A DNA stretch of 64,000 bases, from positions 960,001 through 1,024,000 of the forward strand of contig CBDCOZ010000003.1 in assembly GCA_965220085.1 (NCBI GenBank), in the 5' to 3' direction. Positions 51,573-62,051 of the stretch are shown here, in pieces. A program made the position numbers and the translations under genes. The notes below the pieces were generated by a model. That model was given only the letters and a program-made list of their open reading frames with translations, did not search any database and was not told the origin of the DNA. Each line of letters opens with the position of its first letter. Position 1 is the first letter of the stretch. Origin of the DNA: Candidatus Oxydemutatoraceae bacterium (GTDB lineage Bacteria; Pseudomonadota; Gammaproteobacteria; Poriferisulfidales; Oxydemutatoraceae).

Positions 51573-52886
51573 ATGCGACCATTGACGTTGCGGCGGCTGG
51601 ATTCGTCCGATCGCACATTTGATGCCGAACTGTCGCGCCTGATTCGTCAGAGCAAGACAGCGGATAGCGGCATTGTCGATACCGTTCGCGAAATCATCTC
51701 CGCAGTGCGACAGCGCGGCGACAGCGCGTTGCTGGAGTATGTCGCGCGGCACGATGGCATACAAGCCGATGACGCAGCATCGTTGCGGGTTACCGCGACG
51801 CAGATTTCGGCGCGAGCATCATTGGCCGAGCCGCGGCAAAGGCGGGCTTTGGAGCAAGCGGCGGCTCGCATCGAGGCATTCGCCCGCAAGCAAAAGATGA
51901 CCTCGTGGGAATTTGAACAAGACGGCGCGCGCCTCGGCCAGCATATCCGCGCGCTGGAGTCGGTCGGTATTTATATTCCGGGCGGCAAGGCATCGTACCC
52001 GTCATCGGTTTTAATGAATGCGATTCCGGCGATGATTGCGGGCGTTGAGCGCATTGTCGCGGTAACACCGGCGCATGACGGCGAATTGAATCCGTTGGTT
52101 GCCAGAGCGCTGCAACTTGCCGATGTCAACGAAGTCTATGCGATGGGCGGCGCACAGGCGATCGCGGCATTGGCGTACGGGACCGAGACGATAGCGGCGG
52201 TGAAAAAGATTACCGGCCCGGGCAATGCGTATGTGGCCGAAGCCAAGCGGCGGGTATACGGCGAGGTCGGCATCGACATGCCGGCCGGCCCTTCCGAGAT
52301 TTTGATTATCAGCGACGGCACGACGGACCCGGCGTGGATTGCCCGCGACTTGTTTTCGCAAGCGGAGCACGACGAAATGGCGCGCGCGATATTGCTGTGC
52401 GATGAGCCGGATTATTTTGACGAAGTGTCGGAGCGGATGGAGGCGTTGATCGGTCGCATGCCGCGGCGGGATATCATCGCCGCCGCGCTGAAAAACCACG
52501 GCGCGTTTATCAAAGTCACATCGCCGGATGAGGCGGTGGAAGTTGCCAATCGCATCGCCCCGGAGCATCTCGAGTTATCGGTGAAGGATGCCGAAAGCCT
52601 GTTGCCCAAGGTCAGGAATGCGGGCGCGGTTTTTCTCGGCTCCTATGCCAGCGAGGCGCTGGGCGATTATTGTGCCGGCCCCAATCATGTTCTGCCGACG
52701 AATGGCGCGGCGCATTTTTCATCGCCGCTCGGTGTCTATGACTTTCAAAAGCGCATCAACACCCTGCGTTGCTCGCCCGAGAGCGCCGCGCGGCTCGGCG
52801 AGATAGCCGAGTGTCTGGCACAAGCGGAAGGGCTTCCCGCCCATGCCGAAGCGGCGCGGGCGCGGATGGCCAAACCCAATCGCTGA
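51573..52886 (+). CDS. hisD: Histidinol dehydrogenase
   Basis: [40 protein letters not shown]. Confidence 0.96.
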   Translation: MRPLTLRRLDSSDRTFDAELSRLIRQSKTADSGIVDTVREIISAVRQRGDSALLEYVARHDGIQADDAASLRVTATQISARASLAEPRQRRALEQAAARIEAFARKQKMTSWEFEQDGARLGQHIRALESVGIYIPGGKASYPSSVLMNAIPAMIAGVERIVAVTPAHDGELNPLVARALQLADVNEVYAMGGAQAIAALAYGTETIAAVKKITGPGNAYVAEAKRRVYGEVGIDMPAGPSEILIISDGTTDPAWIARDLFSQAEHDEMARAILLCDEPDYFDEVSERMEALIGRMPRRDIIAAALKNHGAFIKVTSPDEAVEVANRIAPEHLELSVKDAESLLPKVRNAGAVFLGSYASEALGDYCAGPNHVLPTNGAAHFSSPLGVYDFQKRINTLRCSPESAARLGEIAECLAQAEGLPAHAEAARARMAKPNR

Positions 52887-52908
52887 TTCATCGACGGAGC
52901 GGACACAT

Positions 52909-53991
52909 ATGAAAGATTCGCCCGCATGTATCCGGTGGATTCGCGATGAGATTCGCGCCGCCGATGCGTATCGTCCGTCGGCGCTTGATGTGGGGATCAA
53001 GTTGGATGCGATGGAGAGCCCTTACGGTTTCAGCAAGGACTTGCGCATAGAGTGGTTGTTGCAGCTGAGCGATTGCGACTTGAACCGTTACCCCGACAAA
53101 CAGGACAAGTTGCGCGAGCGGCTGGTGTCGCACTTCAAGTTGCCGTCCGATTGCGCATTGCTGATGGGCAATGGCTCCGATGAGTTATTGCAGATCGTTG
53201 CGATGTCCGTATCGGGTCATTGTCTCTTGTCGGTGACGCCGGACTTCTCCATGTACCCGATCATCGCGCGCAATTGCGGGTTGCGGCATGTGGGTGTGCC
53301 GTTAGCGGATGGTTTCTCGTTGGACGCGCAGGCGGCGCTTGCGGCGATAGAGAAACACCGTCCGGCGGCGGTATGGTTGTCATGCCCGAATAACCCGACC
53401 GGCAAGGTTTGGGATGAGCGGCAACTTATGCGGATTATCCGCCATGCGCCGGGCATGGTGTTGATCGATGAGGCTTACGCAGCGTATAGCGATTCAAGTT
53501 ATTTGGATCGCTTGGCCGAGTTTGACAACTTGCTGATCATGCGGACTTTTTCCAAAGTCGGTTTGGCGGGCTTGCGCTTCGGCGTATTGCTCGGCAGAAA
53601 GGAGTTGATCGCCGAATTGGACAAATTGCGTCTGCCCTACAACATCAACGCGCTCACTCAAAGCAGCATGCGGTTTGCCCTTGAGCATATGGCGCATTTG
53701 AATGATGCGGCGGAGATTGTCAAAGAAGAGCGCAAGCGATTGTATCGGGGTTTGATAAAGACGCAAGGAGTGATTCCGATCGAGAGCCGCGCTAATTTCA
53801 TTTTGATGAAGTTCCCGACAAATGCGACGAAAATATACCGCAAACTATGCGAACACGATATATTGGCAAAGCATTTTCCGAATGATCCGGCGTTGCGGGA
53901 ATATTTGCGGGTCACGGTCGGAACGCCGGAAGAAAATGATATATTTATAGATACGCTGGCTGCCGTGATACAGCGGGTTGGCAGCGTGTGA
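52909..53991 (+). CDS. hisC: Histidinol-phosphate aminotransferase
   Basis: GNGSDE, PNNPTG, DEAY, RTFSK..LAGLR. Confidence 0.92.
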   Translation: MKDSPACIRWIRDEIRAADAYRPSALDVGIKLDAMESPYGFSKDLRIEWLLQLSDCDLNRYPDKQDKLRERLVSHFKLPSDCALLMGNGSDELLQIVAMSVSGHCLLSVTPDFSMYPIIARNCGLRHVGVPLADGFSLDAQAALAAIEKHRPAAVWLSCPNNPTGKVWDERQLMRIIRHAPGMVLIDEAYAAYSDSSYLDRLAEFDNLLIMRTFSKVGLAGLRFGVLLGRKELIAELDKLRLPYNINALTQSSMRFALEHMAHLNDAAEIVKEERKRLYRGLIKTQGVIPIESRANFILMKFPTNATKIYRKLCEHDILAKHFPNDPALREYLRVTVGTPEENDIFIDTLAAVIQRVGSV

Positions 53992-54010
53992 TGTGCCATG
54001 AGAAAGTACG

Positions 54011-54769
54011 ATGACAACGATTTCTGACATTGCCGAATACGCAAACCGCTATTTGGACATTCGCCGATACCAAGATTATTGTCCGAACGGTTTGCAAGTC
54101 GAAGGCGACCGCGAAGTCAATCGCTTGGCGTGCGGGGTTACCGCCTGCCTCGATTTGATCGATGCGGCCGCGGATGCGCGCGCCGATGCGATACTCGTTC
54201 ATCACGGCTGCTTCTGGCGCGGCGAAGACGCGGCATTGACCGGGATGAAAGCCGGACGGATACGGCGTTTGTTTGAAACAGGGATAGGGCTTTTGGCCTA
54301 TCACTTGCCTTTGGATGCGCATCCCGAGGTCGGCAACAATGCGCAGCTTGCGCGCTTGCTCGATATGCGGGCGGAGGGCCCGTTGGAAGACGATGTGTCC
54401 GCGCCGATCGGATTATGTTGTCGCCTCGATGCGCCGCGCAGCGCCTCCGATTTTGCCGGACATATCGCCAATGTGCTAGAGCGCGAACCGACCTTGATCG
54501 CGCATGCGGACGCACAGATTGAGACAGTCGGCTTATGCACCGGCGCCGCGCAGGACTATATCAATTATGCCGTCCGACACAAACTGGATGCTTTTATCAG
54601 CGGGGAGATTTCCGAGCGCACAACCCATATCGCGCGGGAAGAGGGCGTTTGTTATTACGCCGCCGGTCACCATGCGACGGAGCGCTACGGCGTACAGGCG
54701 CTGGCGCAACACCTGTCGGAGCGCTTCGGTTTTGAAGCGCTCTTCATAGACATAGACAACCCGGTTTAA
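54011..54769 (+). CDS. Nif3/YbgI-like dinuclear metal centre protein
   Basis: DYCPNGLQVEG, VHHG, YHLPLD.H, GHHATE. Confidence 0.92.
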   Translation: MTTISDIAEYANRYLDIRRYQDYCPNGLQVEGDREVNRLACGVTACLDLIDAAADARADAILVHHGCFWRGEDAALTGMKAGRIRRLFETGIGLLAYHLPLDAHPEVGNNAQLARLLDMRAEGPLEDDVSAPIGLCCRLDAPRSASDFAGHIANVLEREPTLIAHADAQIETVGLCTGAAQDYINYAVRHKLDAFISGEISERTTHIAREEGVCYYAAGHHATERYGVQALAQHLSERFGFEALFIDIDNPV

Positions 54770-57024
54770 TCTCGCCGCAACGATACACAGCGTCGGAAGA
54801 CGCGCAGAATGATCGCGGCGCACTTGAGGAGGCCCAATGCGCCGAGGGCTTTTTTGAGGGTGTCTTTGCCAAAACGGAAGGTCTTTTTCAGAATGTTTTT
54901 GCCGAGATAGCCGAGGTGAGTAATGTAGTAGTCGGGGTCGGTGGCGGCGACCTGCTTGAGTTGCGCGGATGAGGGGTGGATTTTGATCTTGGCATCGCGC
55001 ATGATGATTGTCTCAACAGCGAACACAGTGAACAGATCGCAAGTATTATTTCCGGCCTTCAAAAAAGGTTGCAGACTTTCAAAATCATCGGCGCTATATA
55101 CTCTGGCGAATTTACCGAGGGTGTGCCGGTACTTATCCAGCGCTGCATCGCCGATGACATAAAGTCGGATTTCTCTGTGATCATCCGTTTGTATTTCACC
55201 CAGAATGTGTCGGTATCTGCGCAGCACCAATGCCTGTGACGGCAGGTGCCGATGCGTAGCGAGCCACGATGCTTTGGGTGCGATATTTGGCAAGTGCATA
55301 CAGTGGTAGATGCCGTTGGAAAATTTGGTCTCTATCCAAGTGCGAGTCTCTAAAGCGTTATGTGTCGCCGGCAGACAGTTATTGCCGAGTTGGTATTGAA
55401 TGTCCTTGGCCAGTGTTTGAATGTGCTTAGCGGCGGGCAATACGGCGCGGTAGCGATGCGCGGCAGCGCGGTGTTCCTGCTCGCGGTTTTCAAAGCGGCG
55501 CACGATTAGCGTTGTGTCGTCGTCAACCGGGACCTCGGCGGCAATGATGCGGCGATCGTTGATGCCTGGGTCCAACTGTGTTTCCATGACCCATTGCGCC
55601 GCTACGCCTCGCTTGTCCGGGCCCGTGCCATAAACTTGCGCTTGCTCCAGATCAACGAAGTCGGCGGGGGAACGTTGTTGTGCTTGTCCCCGATTGTAGC
55701 GGGCGTCCAGATCCCACGGTGTGATGACAGCGACGCGTCCCAGCCGCACCGCTTCGCATAGTAATGTCGACAGCCGTTGTTTGTTGCGCAGCACACCGCC
55801 GGCTTCGGCGTATTCGTGAATCAGGTAATGTTTCCCATCGCAAGGGACGGGTTCGGGCAGTGGCGGTTCGGCAAGCGGTTGAGGTCGAGGTGTCGGCCCT
55901 GATTTCCTTTTAGTAATGTCGGCCAGATAGGGGTTATTCAGTGAGAAGCGGAAAGAATTCAGAAAATCGGTGTTGATGTGCGCGTAGGCGCTGTTGTAAA
56001 TAAGCTCCTCTACAGCATAGACGAAAGTATTATCGGGATCACCGGGAGTAGCGAGAGGGGATCGGGTTGTTTGCAGTGTTCGTCCTTGCAGGTCGGTGCC
56101 ACCGGGCAGGTACTCTTTGTATTCAATTTCTCTGGCGAGCAGATGTTCGTCGTCTGTGATGGCACCCGGCGGCGGCAAGCGGCGGTTCAATTCGGGGAAG
56201 TTGCGGGCGGTGAAGACGCGGTAGTGTTTTTTCAGTTCATCGTGGTATTCGGTGTCTTCCATATTGCTCATGATGTACAGCGGCGCGTTCGGCACCGGCA
56301 GGAAACGGCAGATCATTTTCAGCAATTTGTCAGGGCACACCCAGAATTTCCATTTGTCTTCATAGATGAGGCGATCGCCTAAGCGCAGATGCAAGCAGGC
56401 ATAGGCGCCCGGGGGCATCTGCCGTTGCTTGTCGACAGTTCTGCAGCGTGGCAGAAAGTCCTGATCCGGCGGCGGTGGCAGGCCGTCGCCGAGGACATCG
56501 ATGATGCTTGCCGCCGCTTTGCGGATTGGTGCGGTCGTTTTCAATACTACGTTGTAATCCTGCTTCGGCAGTTTCTTCAAGCCGATATTCTTATACACAT
56601 AATTTGAAGCATTTCCCCATTTGTCACCGAGCAAGGTCGAGGTGTCGCGGATAATCAGCGCGTAACGGAGGTCGCTTTCTTCGTCGATGAAGTGATTTTG
56701 TTCGGCGCCGATGACTTTGATTTCCCCGGCTTTGAAGGCCGCAAAATCCAGATCGTTCTTGTCAATCCAATCCGGCGCCTTGGGGGCGTTGCCCGACTCT
56801 AAAATGCGCGATGCGTCAAGGTCAATCATATCGCCGATTGGGCGCATTTGTCGTTTGCCGAAGTTGTGCATTGAAGCGATGCACAGAGGGTGGAGCACGG
56901 CGATGCGATTCAACAGATAGGCCTCTTTTAGCACCCCCTGAAGAAGATGACGCTGATGCTTGAGTCCGCTCCAGATCTTGGTCGGCTTGGAAACCACATC
57001 GTAATAGAGATAGCGTTTATCCAT
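54766..57024 (-). CDS. Two-domain O-fucosyltransferase-like (GT-B) protein
   Basis: EAYLLNRIAVL, YACLHLRLGD, LYIMSN, VYAVEELI; second degenerate domain EAVRLGRVAVI, YHCMH, LYVIGD, FAVETII. Confidence 0.6.
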   Translation of the reverse strand: MDKRYLYYDVVSKPTKIWSGLKHQRHLLQGVLKEAYLLNRIAVLHPLCIASMHNFGKRQMRPIGDMIDLDASRILESGNAPKAPDWIDKNDLDFAAFKAGEIKVIGAEQNHFIDEESDLRYALIIRDTSTLLGDKWGNASNYVYKNIGLKKLPKQDYNVVLKTTAPIRKAAASIIDVLGDGLPPPPDQDFLPRCRTVDKQRQMPPGAYACLHLRLGDRLIYEDKWKFWVCPDKLLKMICRFLPVPNAPLYIMSNMEDTEYHDELKKHYRVFTARNFPELNRRLPPPGAITDDEHLLAREIEYKEYLPGGTDLQGRTLQTTRSPLATPGDPDNTFVYAVEELIYNSAYAHINTDFLNSFRFSLNNPYLADITKRKSGPTPRPQPLAEPPLPEPVPCDGKHYLIHEYAEAGGVLRNKQRLSTLLCEAVRLGRVAVITPWDLDARYNRGQAQQRSPADFVDLEQAQVYGTGPDKRGVAAQWVMETQLDPGINDRRIIAAEVPVDDDTTLIVRRFENREQEHRAAAHRYRAVLPAAKHIQTLAKDIQYQLGNNCLPATHNALETRTWIETKFSNGIYHCMHLPNIAPKASWLATHRHLPSQALVLRRYRHILGEIQTDDHREIRLYVIGDAALDKYRHTLGKFARVYSADDFESLQPFLKAGNNTCDLFTVFAVETIIMRDAKIKIHPSSAQLKQVAATDPDYYITHLGYLGKNILKKTFRFGKDTLKKALGALGLLKCAAIILRVFRRCVSLRRD

Positions 57025-58078
57025 GTCGGCGGCTCTTGCGGGCTGTGATAATCTGTCTGCGCATGCGTGCGGCGAATATCTTTCCGCGCGCATGCAATAT
57101 GCGCCATTTTGGCATATAAGCTTCCGCGCCGAGCAACGAAAAATCATGACGCATCCGCGCGCGCGAATGGAACATGACACAGGCGTGAGCCATGATGAAA
57201 AACTCCGCGCAATCGATAATCCATGGCTGGCATTCGGCGGCTTCGCCTCGGGCCAGATAGGGTCGCAGTTCCTCAAAGTCATCGCGGGTGCGAATATCGT
57301 AATGGCGCTTGAGCAAATCCACGGCGCGATGCGCGGCGCCCGCGCCGTAACCGTTCGTGCGCACATAGAACGGGATGCGGCATTCGGGCACCAGTCGCGC
57401 GATCTTTTTCAAACAGCGGCGGGCGGCAAAGACGGAATTTGTTTGCCGGCGAAGATCCACCCAGACATGAGAAAACGTCGTCTCCCATTGCTTGGGGGCG
57501 AGGGGGGCGGGTCTTAACATGGGCCGCAGTTGATGCAAATTGGGCGTGTCAAATCCTTGCAGCTTGGCAATCGTACGGTGCGCGAGCTCTTCGATATCGG
57601 CGGCGACGGGCATTTGTACGCAATGCCCGCGCGGATTCGCCGCTTCAAAGCATTGCAACGAATCCGGCGATGCGCCGCCCAAATCCCGAATCAGCACATC
57701 GGCGGCGTTATCGTCCTCGCTGATACGGTGAGCGCGGCTTGCGTCGATGACTTTGGCGGCGGCTTCCTCAAGTCCTGTGACATCGGTGCGCAACGCCCAT
57801 TGCAGCGGCGCGCCGTCTTTGGGTTGGCCGGGCCCGTGCAGGCGGCACCGGTCCATGGCTATCAATTGATGCGGCGCTTTGTTCACGCAGCGCCCGTCAA
57901 CACCGCGCAACTGCAGATGGCTGACGACGGCGGTGCGCCCGAGCAGCGCCGCTTCGCGCAGCTGACACTCCAGCAACGACATTTCTCCGGCGATATCGGA
58001 GCAGTCTTCGGGGCGCCGCCGGTAGAGCAGGTAGCGCGAAGCTTTGCCGCCGCTTGTGTTTTTAGAACTCCCGTTCAT
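57017..58078 (-). CDS. O-fucosyltransferase-like paralogue (divergent)
   Basis: RYLLY, EAALLGRTAVV, VDLRR, FYVRTN, DDFEEL. Confidence 0.5.
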   Translation of the reverse strand: MNGSSKNTSGGKASRYLLYRRRPEDCSDIAGEMSLLECQLREAALLGRTAVVSHLQLRGVDGRCVNKAPHQLIAMDRCRLHGPGQPKDGAPLQWALRTDVTGLEEAAAKVIDASRAHRISEDDNAADVLIRDLGGASPDSLQCFEAANPRGHCVQMPVAADIEELAHRTIAKLQGFDTPNLHQLRPMLRPAPLAPKQWETTFSHVWVDLRRQTNSVFAARRCLKKIARLVPECRIPFYVRTNGYGAGAAHRAVDLLKRHYDIRTRDDFEELRPYLARGEAAECQPWIIDCAEFFIMAHACVMFHSRARMRHDFSLLGAEAYMPKWRILHARGKIFAARMRRQIITARKSRRHG

Positions 58079-58081
58079 GCT

Positions 58082-59053
58082 TCATGAACTGTCGGTCAGC
58101 GCAAATTCGGTTTGACTTTGCGCGTGGCTGTGGATGCGCACAGTGGCGCTCTGAAGAATCACACGCTCAATGGCGAACAAACTCAAGTTGTCCCCGATTC
58201 TGTCGCCGTCGGGATAAAAGGCTCGCAGTTGCGGAAAGTCGTCGGCGAACTTGGTCGGCCAATAGCGTTTGATTTCAGAGAAAAATTCTTGGTCCCGGAT
58301 ATTGGTCATCAAATACAGCGGGATATCGCGTCCGGGCAGGCTGCGCTTTAGATTCTTAAATACCATTTGCGGCGTAATACCGGCCTTAAACAACGGGATG
58401 ATTGTCGTTATATCGCCGCCTCGCACATGTGCGCAGGCGTAAGCTCCGGCCGGGGCCGGGCGCCTGTTCGGCGCAAAAACCTCGGGGTCGCGGAGGCGAT
58501 AAGCGAAATCCATATGGGATCTGTTTATGCCGCCCAAATCGGCGATGACGCTTTGCGCAATGTCAGCGATGCGTTGCGCCGGTTGAAACGTGACGCGGAC
58601 CGTCGCGCGGTCGCTGCGAAAATTATCCAGAGCGAGACGCCATATGCTGAGTCGGCCGACTTGGCGGATGATGACCGGATAATCCCGGTTGTCTTGTTCG
58701 CTGATATGCGTATTTTCTCCCGCTCCAATGCGCTTGATTTCGCTTTCTGAAAATGCCTCTATGTTGAAATCTTTCCGCTCCGAACAGTTCATGGCGAACG
58801 AGCGAATGCCGTTCTCGTCCCCGAGCAAGATGTCAACACGAGGCGATACGAGATCGCCGAAAGGCTTTTGTAGCAAACGCCCCCAGTTATGTCGAGGCGT
58901 CAGATCGAAGGGCTGTAGCACGGGGATACGATTGAGCATGACCGCCTCGGTGATTAAGGCGGCAAAGTTGCTTATCCAATTATTGAAACCCGATGCAAAA
59001 CCATGCTCGGGTTGATACAGCAAATAGCGGGCGGAATCAGAGGCGTCGGACAT
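58082..59053 (-). CDS. O-fucosyltransferase-like protein
   Basis: SGFNN, EAVMLNRIPVL, YACAHVRGGD, LYLMTN, FAIERVI. Confidence 0.62.
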   Translation of the reverse strand: MSDASDSARYLLYQPEHGFASGFNNWISNFAALITEAVMLNRIPVLQPFDLTPRHNWGRLLQKPFGDLVSPRVDILLGDENGIRSFAMNCSERKDFNIEAFSESEIKRIGAGENTHISEQDNRDYPVIIRQVGRLSIWRLALDNFRSDRATVRVTFQPAQRIADIAQSVIADLGGINRSHMDFAYRLRDPEVFAPNRRPAPAGAYACAHVRGGDITTIIPLFKAGITPQMVFKNLKRSLPGRDIPLYLMTNIRDQEFFSEIKRYWPTKFADDFPQLRAFYPDGDRIGDNLSLFAIERVILQSATVRIHSHAQSQTEFALTDSS

Positions 59054-59435
59054 CGGCGGTTTTCATGCGCAACGGCCGCGCATGCTCAAACTGCCGCCGC
59101 GAACAGCCGCGTTCGGGCAAGCGCAAAGACTTTGCCGGCCAATATCATACGTTACGCGCCGGATGTTTTCCATGCGGATTTCAGGCAAGTCAAGCATAAC
59201 GGCTCATTATACACTCGCGAGTTTGCGCAAGGCTTAGGCTTTGAAAATGCGCCTCATCATGCGCCGGTGCGCACTCCCCGCCGCCCTTTGTTTGGGTTCG
59301 GGCCGAAGCGCTTGGTCAGTGGCTTTGGCAAGTTATCCCTATAATTCTCTCTCTGGCGCTGTTCATCTGTGGTAGAATATGCGCTTCGCTGCCGTTCTGG
59401 GGTAGCCAGATTCTTTTGATTATGGGGGTAAACCA

Positions 59436-59969
59436 ATGATAAAACAAGTAATTATTTTCGTGCTCGCAGCGTGTGTTCTTGTCGGCGGCGTGGCTTTTTC
59501 AAAACATCACGGTCATCACCACGGTCATCACCACGGCCACGGCGAATGGATGAAAAAATACGATTTGAATGCCGACGGAATGTTACAAGCGGCGGAGCAC
59601 GATGTAAAAGTGTCGGATAAGTTCCGGAAGATGGATGATGACAGTAACGGAGCGCTGACAGCAGAAGAGCTATCCGGCCACCAAGGCAAGGGCAAGTATT
59701 GTAGCAGACACAAACACAAAGGCAAGAACCGGATGAGCGAGGCCGACGCCGACGGCGACGGGGAAATCACCCAACATGAATTCACGACGATGGCGCAAAA
59801 GCATTTTGAAGAAAAAGACGCCGATAACGACGGTGCCGTGAGTCGCGAAGAGATGAAAGCATGGCACAAAACCCGCCGCGAAGAGATGAGGGGCGAGAAG
59901 TTTTTGCATCTTGACAAAGACGGCGACGGAGCGATTAGCCGGGAAGAGTTTATGGACGGCAGAAAGTAA
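59436..59969 (+). CDS. Secreted EF-hand protein with His-rich N-terminus
   Basis: Signal peptide, HHGHHHGHHHGHG, five DxDxDG-type loops. Confidence 0.85.
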   Translation: MIKQVIIFVLAACVLVGGVAFSKHHGHHHGHHHGHGEWMKKYDLNADGMLQAAEHDVKVSDKFRKMDDDSNGALTAEELSGHQGKGKYCSRHKHKGKNRMSEADADGDGEITQHEFTTMAQKHFEEKDADNDGAVSREEMKAWHKTRREEMRGEKFLHLDKDGDGAISREEFMDGRK

Positions 59970-60042
59970 GTGCCGTTGTTCTGTTCATATTTGGTTGCGC
60001 CGTTTCGGCGCCCGGCTCAAATCATTTTTGGAGACAGTCCGA

Positions 60043-60660
60043 ATGTCGGAACCTAACCGCGAAGCGGACACGGGCAATATGCGCCGCCGATTCCTGACCG
60101 CCGGCTTAAGCATTCTCGGCGGCATCGGCGGCGTGTTTGCAAGTTGGCCGTTTATCAAGGCTATGAGTCCGAGCAGCCGGGCAAAGGCCGCGGGGGTGCC
60201 GGTTGAAGTGGACCTCTCTAAAATTGGCCCCGGCAAGATGGTGCGCGAGAAGTGGCGCGGCAAACCGGTATGGATCGTTCGTCGTACGCCGGATATGCTG
60301 GCCACACTGGAACGTACCGAGAAGGCGTTGCGCGATCCGGACTCAAACGACTCGGTGCAGCCCGACTATACAAAAAACCGCTATCGTTCCATTAAACCCG
60401 AATATCTCGTGTTGGTAGGCATCTGTACGCACCTTGGCTGTTCGCCGTCGTATCGCCCGGATTCGGGCAACAGCGATGCCGAAGAGGGCGATAACTGGCA
60501 AGGAGGGTTTTTCTGCGCTTGTCATGGTTCGCGTTTTGATTTTTCCGGCAGGGTGTATCGCAGTGTGCCGGCGCCCAAAAACCTCGAAGTGCCGCCGTAC
60601 CACTTTGCTGGCGATAGCAAACTGGTTATCGGCAAATCATCCGCCGGGGAGACTGTTTGA
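60043..60660 (+). CDS. petA: Ubiquinol-cytochrome c reductase Rieske subunit
   Basis: RRRFL Tat motif, CTHLGC, CACHGS. Confidence 0.96.
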   Translation: MSEPNREADTGNMRRRFLTAGLSILGGIGGVFASWPFIKAMSPSSRAKAAGVPVEVDLSKIGPGKMVREKWRGKPVWIVRRTPDMLATLERTEKALRDPDSNDSVQPDYTKNRYRSIKPEYLVLVGICTHLGCSPSYRPDSGNSDAEEGDNWQGGFFCACHGSRFDFSGRVYRSVPAPKNLEVPPYHFAGDSKLVIGKSSAGETV

Positions 60661-62051
60661 TGAAAACAGACAACGGCGGCTTGCTTGCTTGGATAGACCG
60701 TCGGTTCCCGCTAAGCAAGTTGTGGCAGGACCATCTCGCCAACTATTACGCGCCGAAAAATTTTAACTTCTGGTATTTCTTCGGGTCGCTGGCATTGCTG
60801 GTGCTGGTCATGCAGATAGTGACCGGCATATTCCTGACGATGCACTATAAGCCGGATGCAAATCTGGCTTTTGAGTCGGTCGAATACATCATGCGCGATG
60901 TGGAGTGGGGGTGGCTGATTCGCTATATGCACTCGACCGGCGCGTCGGCTTTCTTCATCATTATTTACCTGCATATGTTCCGCGGAATAATGTATGGCTC
61001 GTTCAAAGAGCCGCGCGAGTTGCTCTGGATTATCGGCATGTTCATCTACCTGGCTCTGATGGCGGAGGCGTTTATGGGTTATCTTCTGCCTTGGGGGCAG
61101 ATGTCTTACTGGGGCGCGCAGGTCATTATCAACTTGTTCGGCGCGATTCCGTTTATCGGCCCCGATCTGGCCATATGGATTCGCGGCGACTATGTCGTCT
61201 CGGATGCGACCTTGAACCGCTTTTTTGCATTCCATGTCATCGCTTTCCCGTTGATTCTAATCGGTCTTGTTTTCATACACATCCTTGCCCTGCACGAGGT
61301 CGGTTCTAACAACCCCGACGGCGTTGAGATTAAAAAGCACAAAGACAACAAAGGCAACCCGATTGACGGGATTCCGTTCCACCCTTACTACACGGTGAAG
61401 GATATTTACGGGGCGGTCGTGTTTCTGCTGTTTTTCCTGATCGTGGTGTTTTATGCGCCGGAGATGGGCGGATATTTTCTGGAGCATAATAACTTTGTTC
61501 AGGCAAACTCTTTGCTGACGCCGGAACATATCTCGCCGCTATGGTATTTCACGCCGTTTTACACGGTGCTGCGGGCGATTCCGGACCCTTGGTACGGCGT
61601 ATTGGCGATGACCGCTTCTATCGTTATCTTGTTTTTCTTGCCGTGGATAGATCGCAATCCGGTTAAATCGATTCGTTATCGTTCGGTGTTGCATAGAATC
61701 AATCTGCTGGTATTCGTCGTTGCGTTTATTTATCTCGGTTATCTCGGAACTTTGTCTGTCAACACATTTCGCACCGAGATGGCGGTTCGTTTCAGCGAGA
61801 TTTATTTCCTGTTTTTCTTTGTGCTGTGGGCGCATAGCCGTCCGCGCTCAACAGGGTTCAATCTGGGCTGGTTGCTTGCGATTGTTGCCGTAATCACTTT
61901 CTATGATTTCGTGCGCGGCTATGACGAGATATGGAATCTCATCGCATGGGGATGGCTGATTCCGACGGGATACCTCGCATTCCAACTGGTGTTACCGACC
62001 TTCACAAGGCTTGCCGAGGACAAGCCCGAGCCCGACAGAGTCGTGTCATGA
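60660..62051 (+). CDS. petB: Cytochrome b of the bc1 complex
   Basis: RYMHSTGAS, LPWGQMSYWGA, RFFAFH, PLWYF. Confidence 0.96.
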   Translation: MKTDNGGLLAWIDRRFPLSKLWQDHLANYYAPKNFNFWYFFGSLALLVLVMQIVTGIFLTMHYKPDANLAFESVEYIMRDVEWGWLIRYMHSTGASAFFIIIYLHMFRGIMYGSFKEPRELLWIIGMFIYLALMAEAFMGYLLPWGQMSYWGAQVIINLFGAIPFIGPDLAIWIRGDYVVSDATLNRFFAFHVIAFPLILIGLVFIHILALHEVGSNNPDGVEIKKHKDNKGNPIDGIPFHPYYTVKDIYGAVVFLLFFLIVVFYAPEMGGYFLEHNNFVQANSLLTPEHISPLWYFTPFYTVLRAIPDPWYGVLAMTASIVILFFLPWIDRNPVKSIRYRSVLHRINLLVFVVAFIYLGYLGTLSVNTFRTEMAVRFSEIYFLFFFVLWAHSRPRSTGFNLGWLLAIVAVITFYDFVRGYDEIWNLIAWGWLIPTGYLAFQLVLPTFTRLAEDKPEPDRVVS

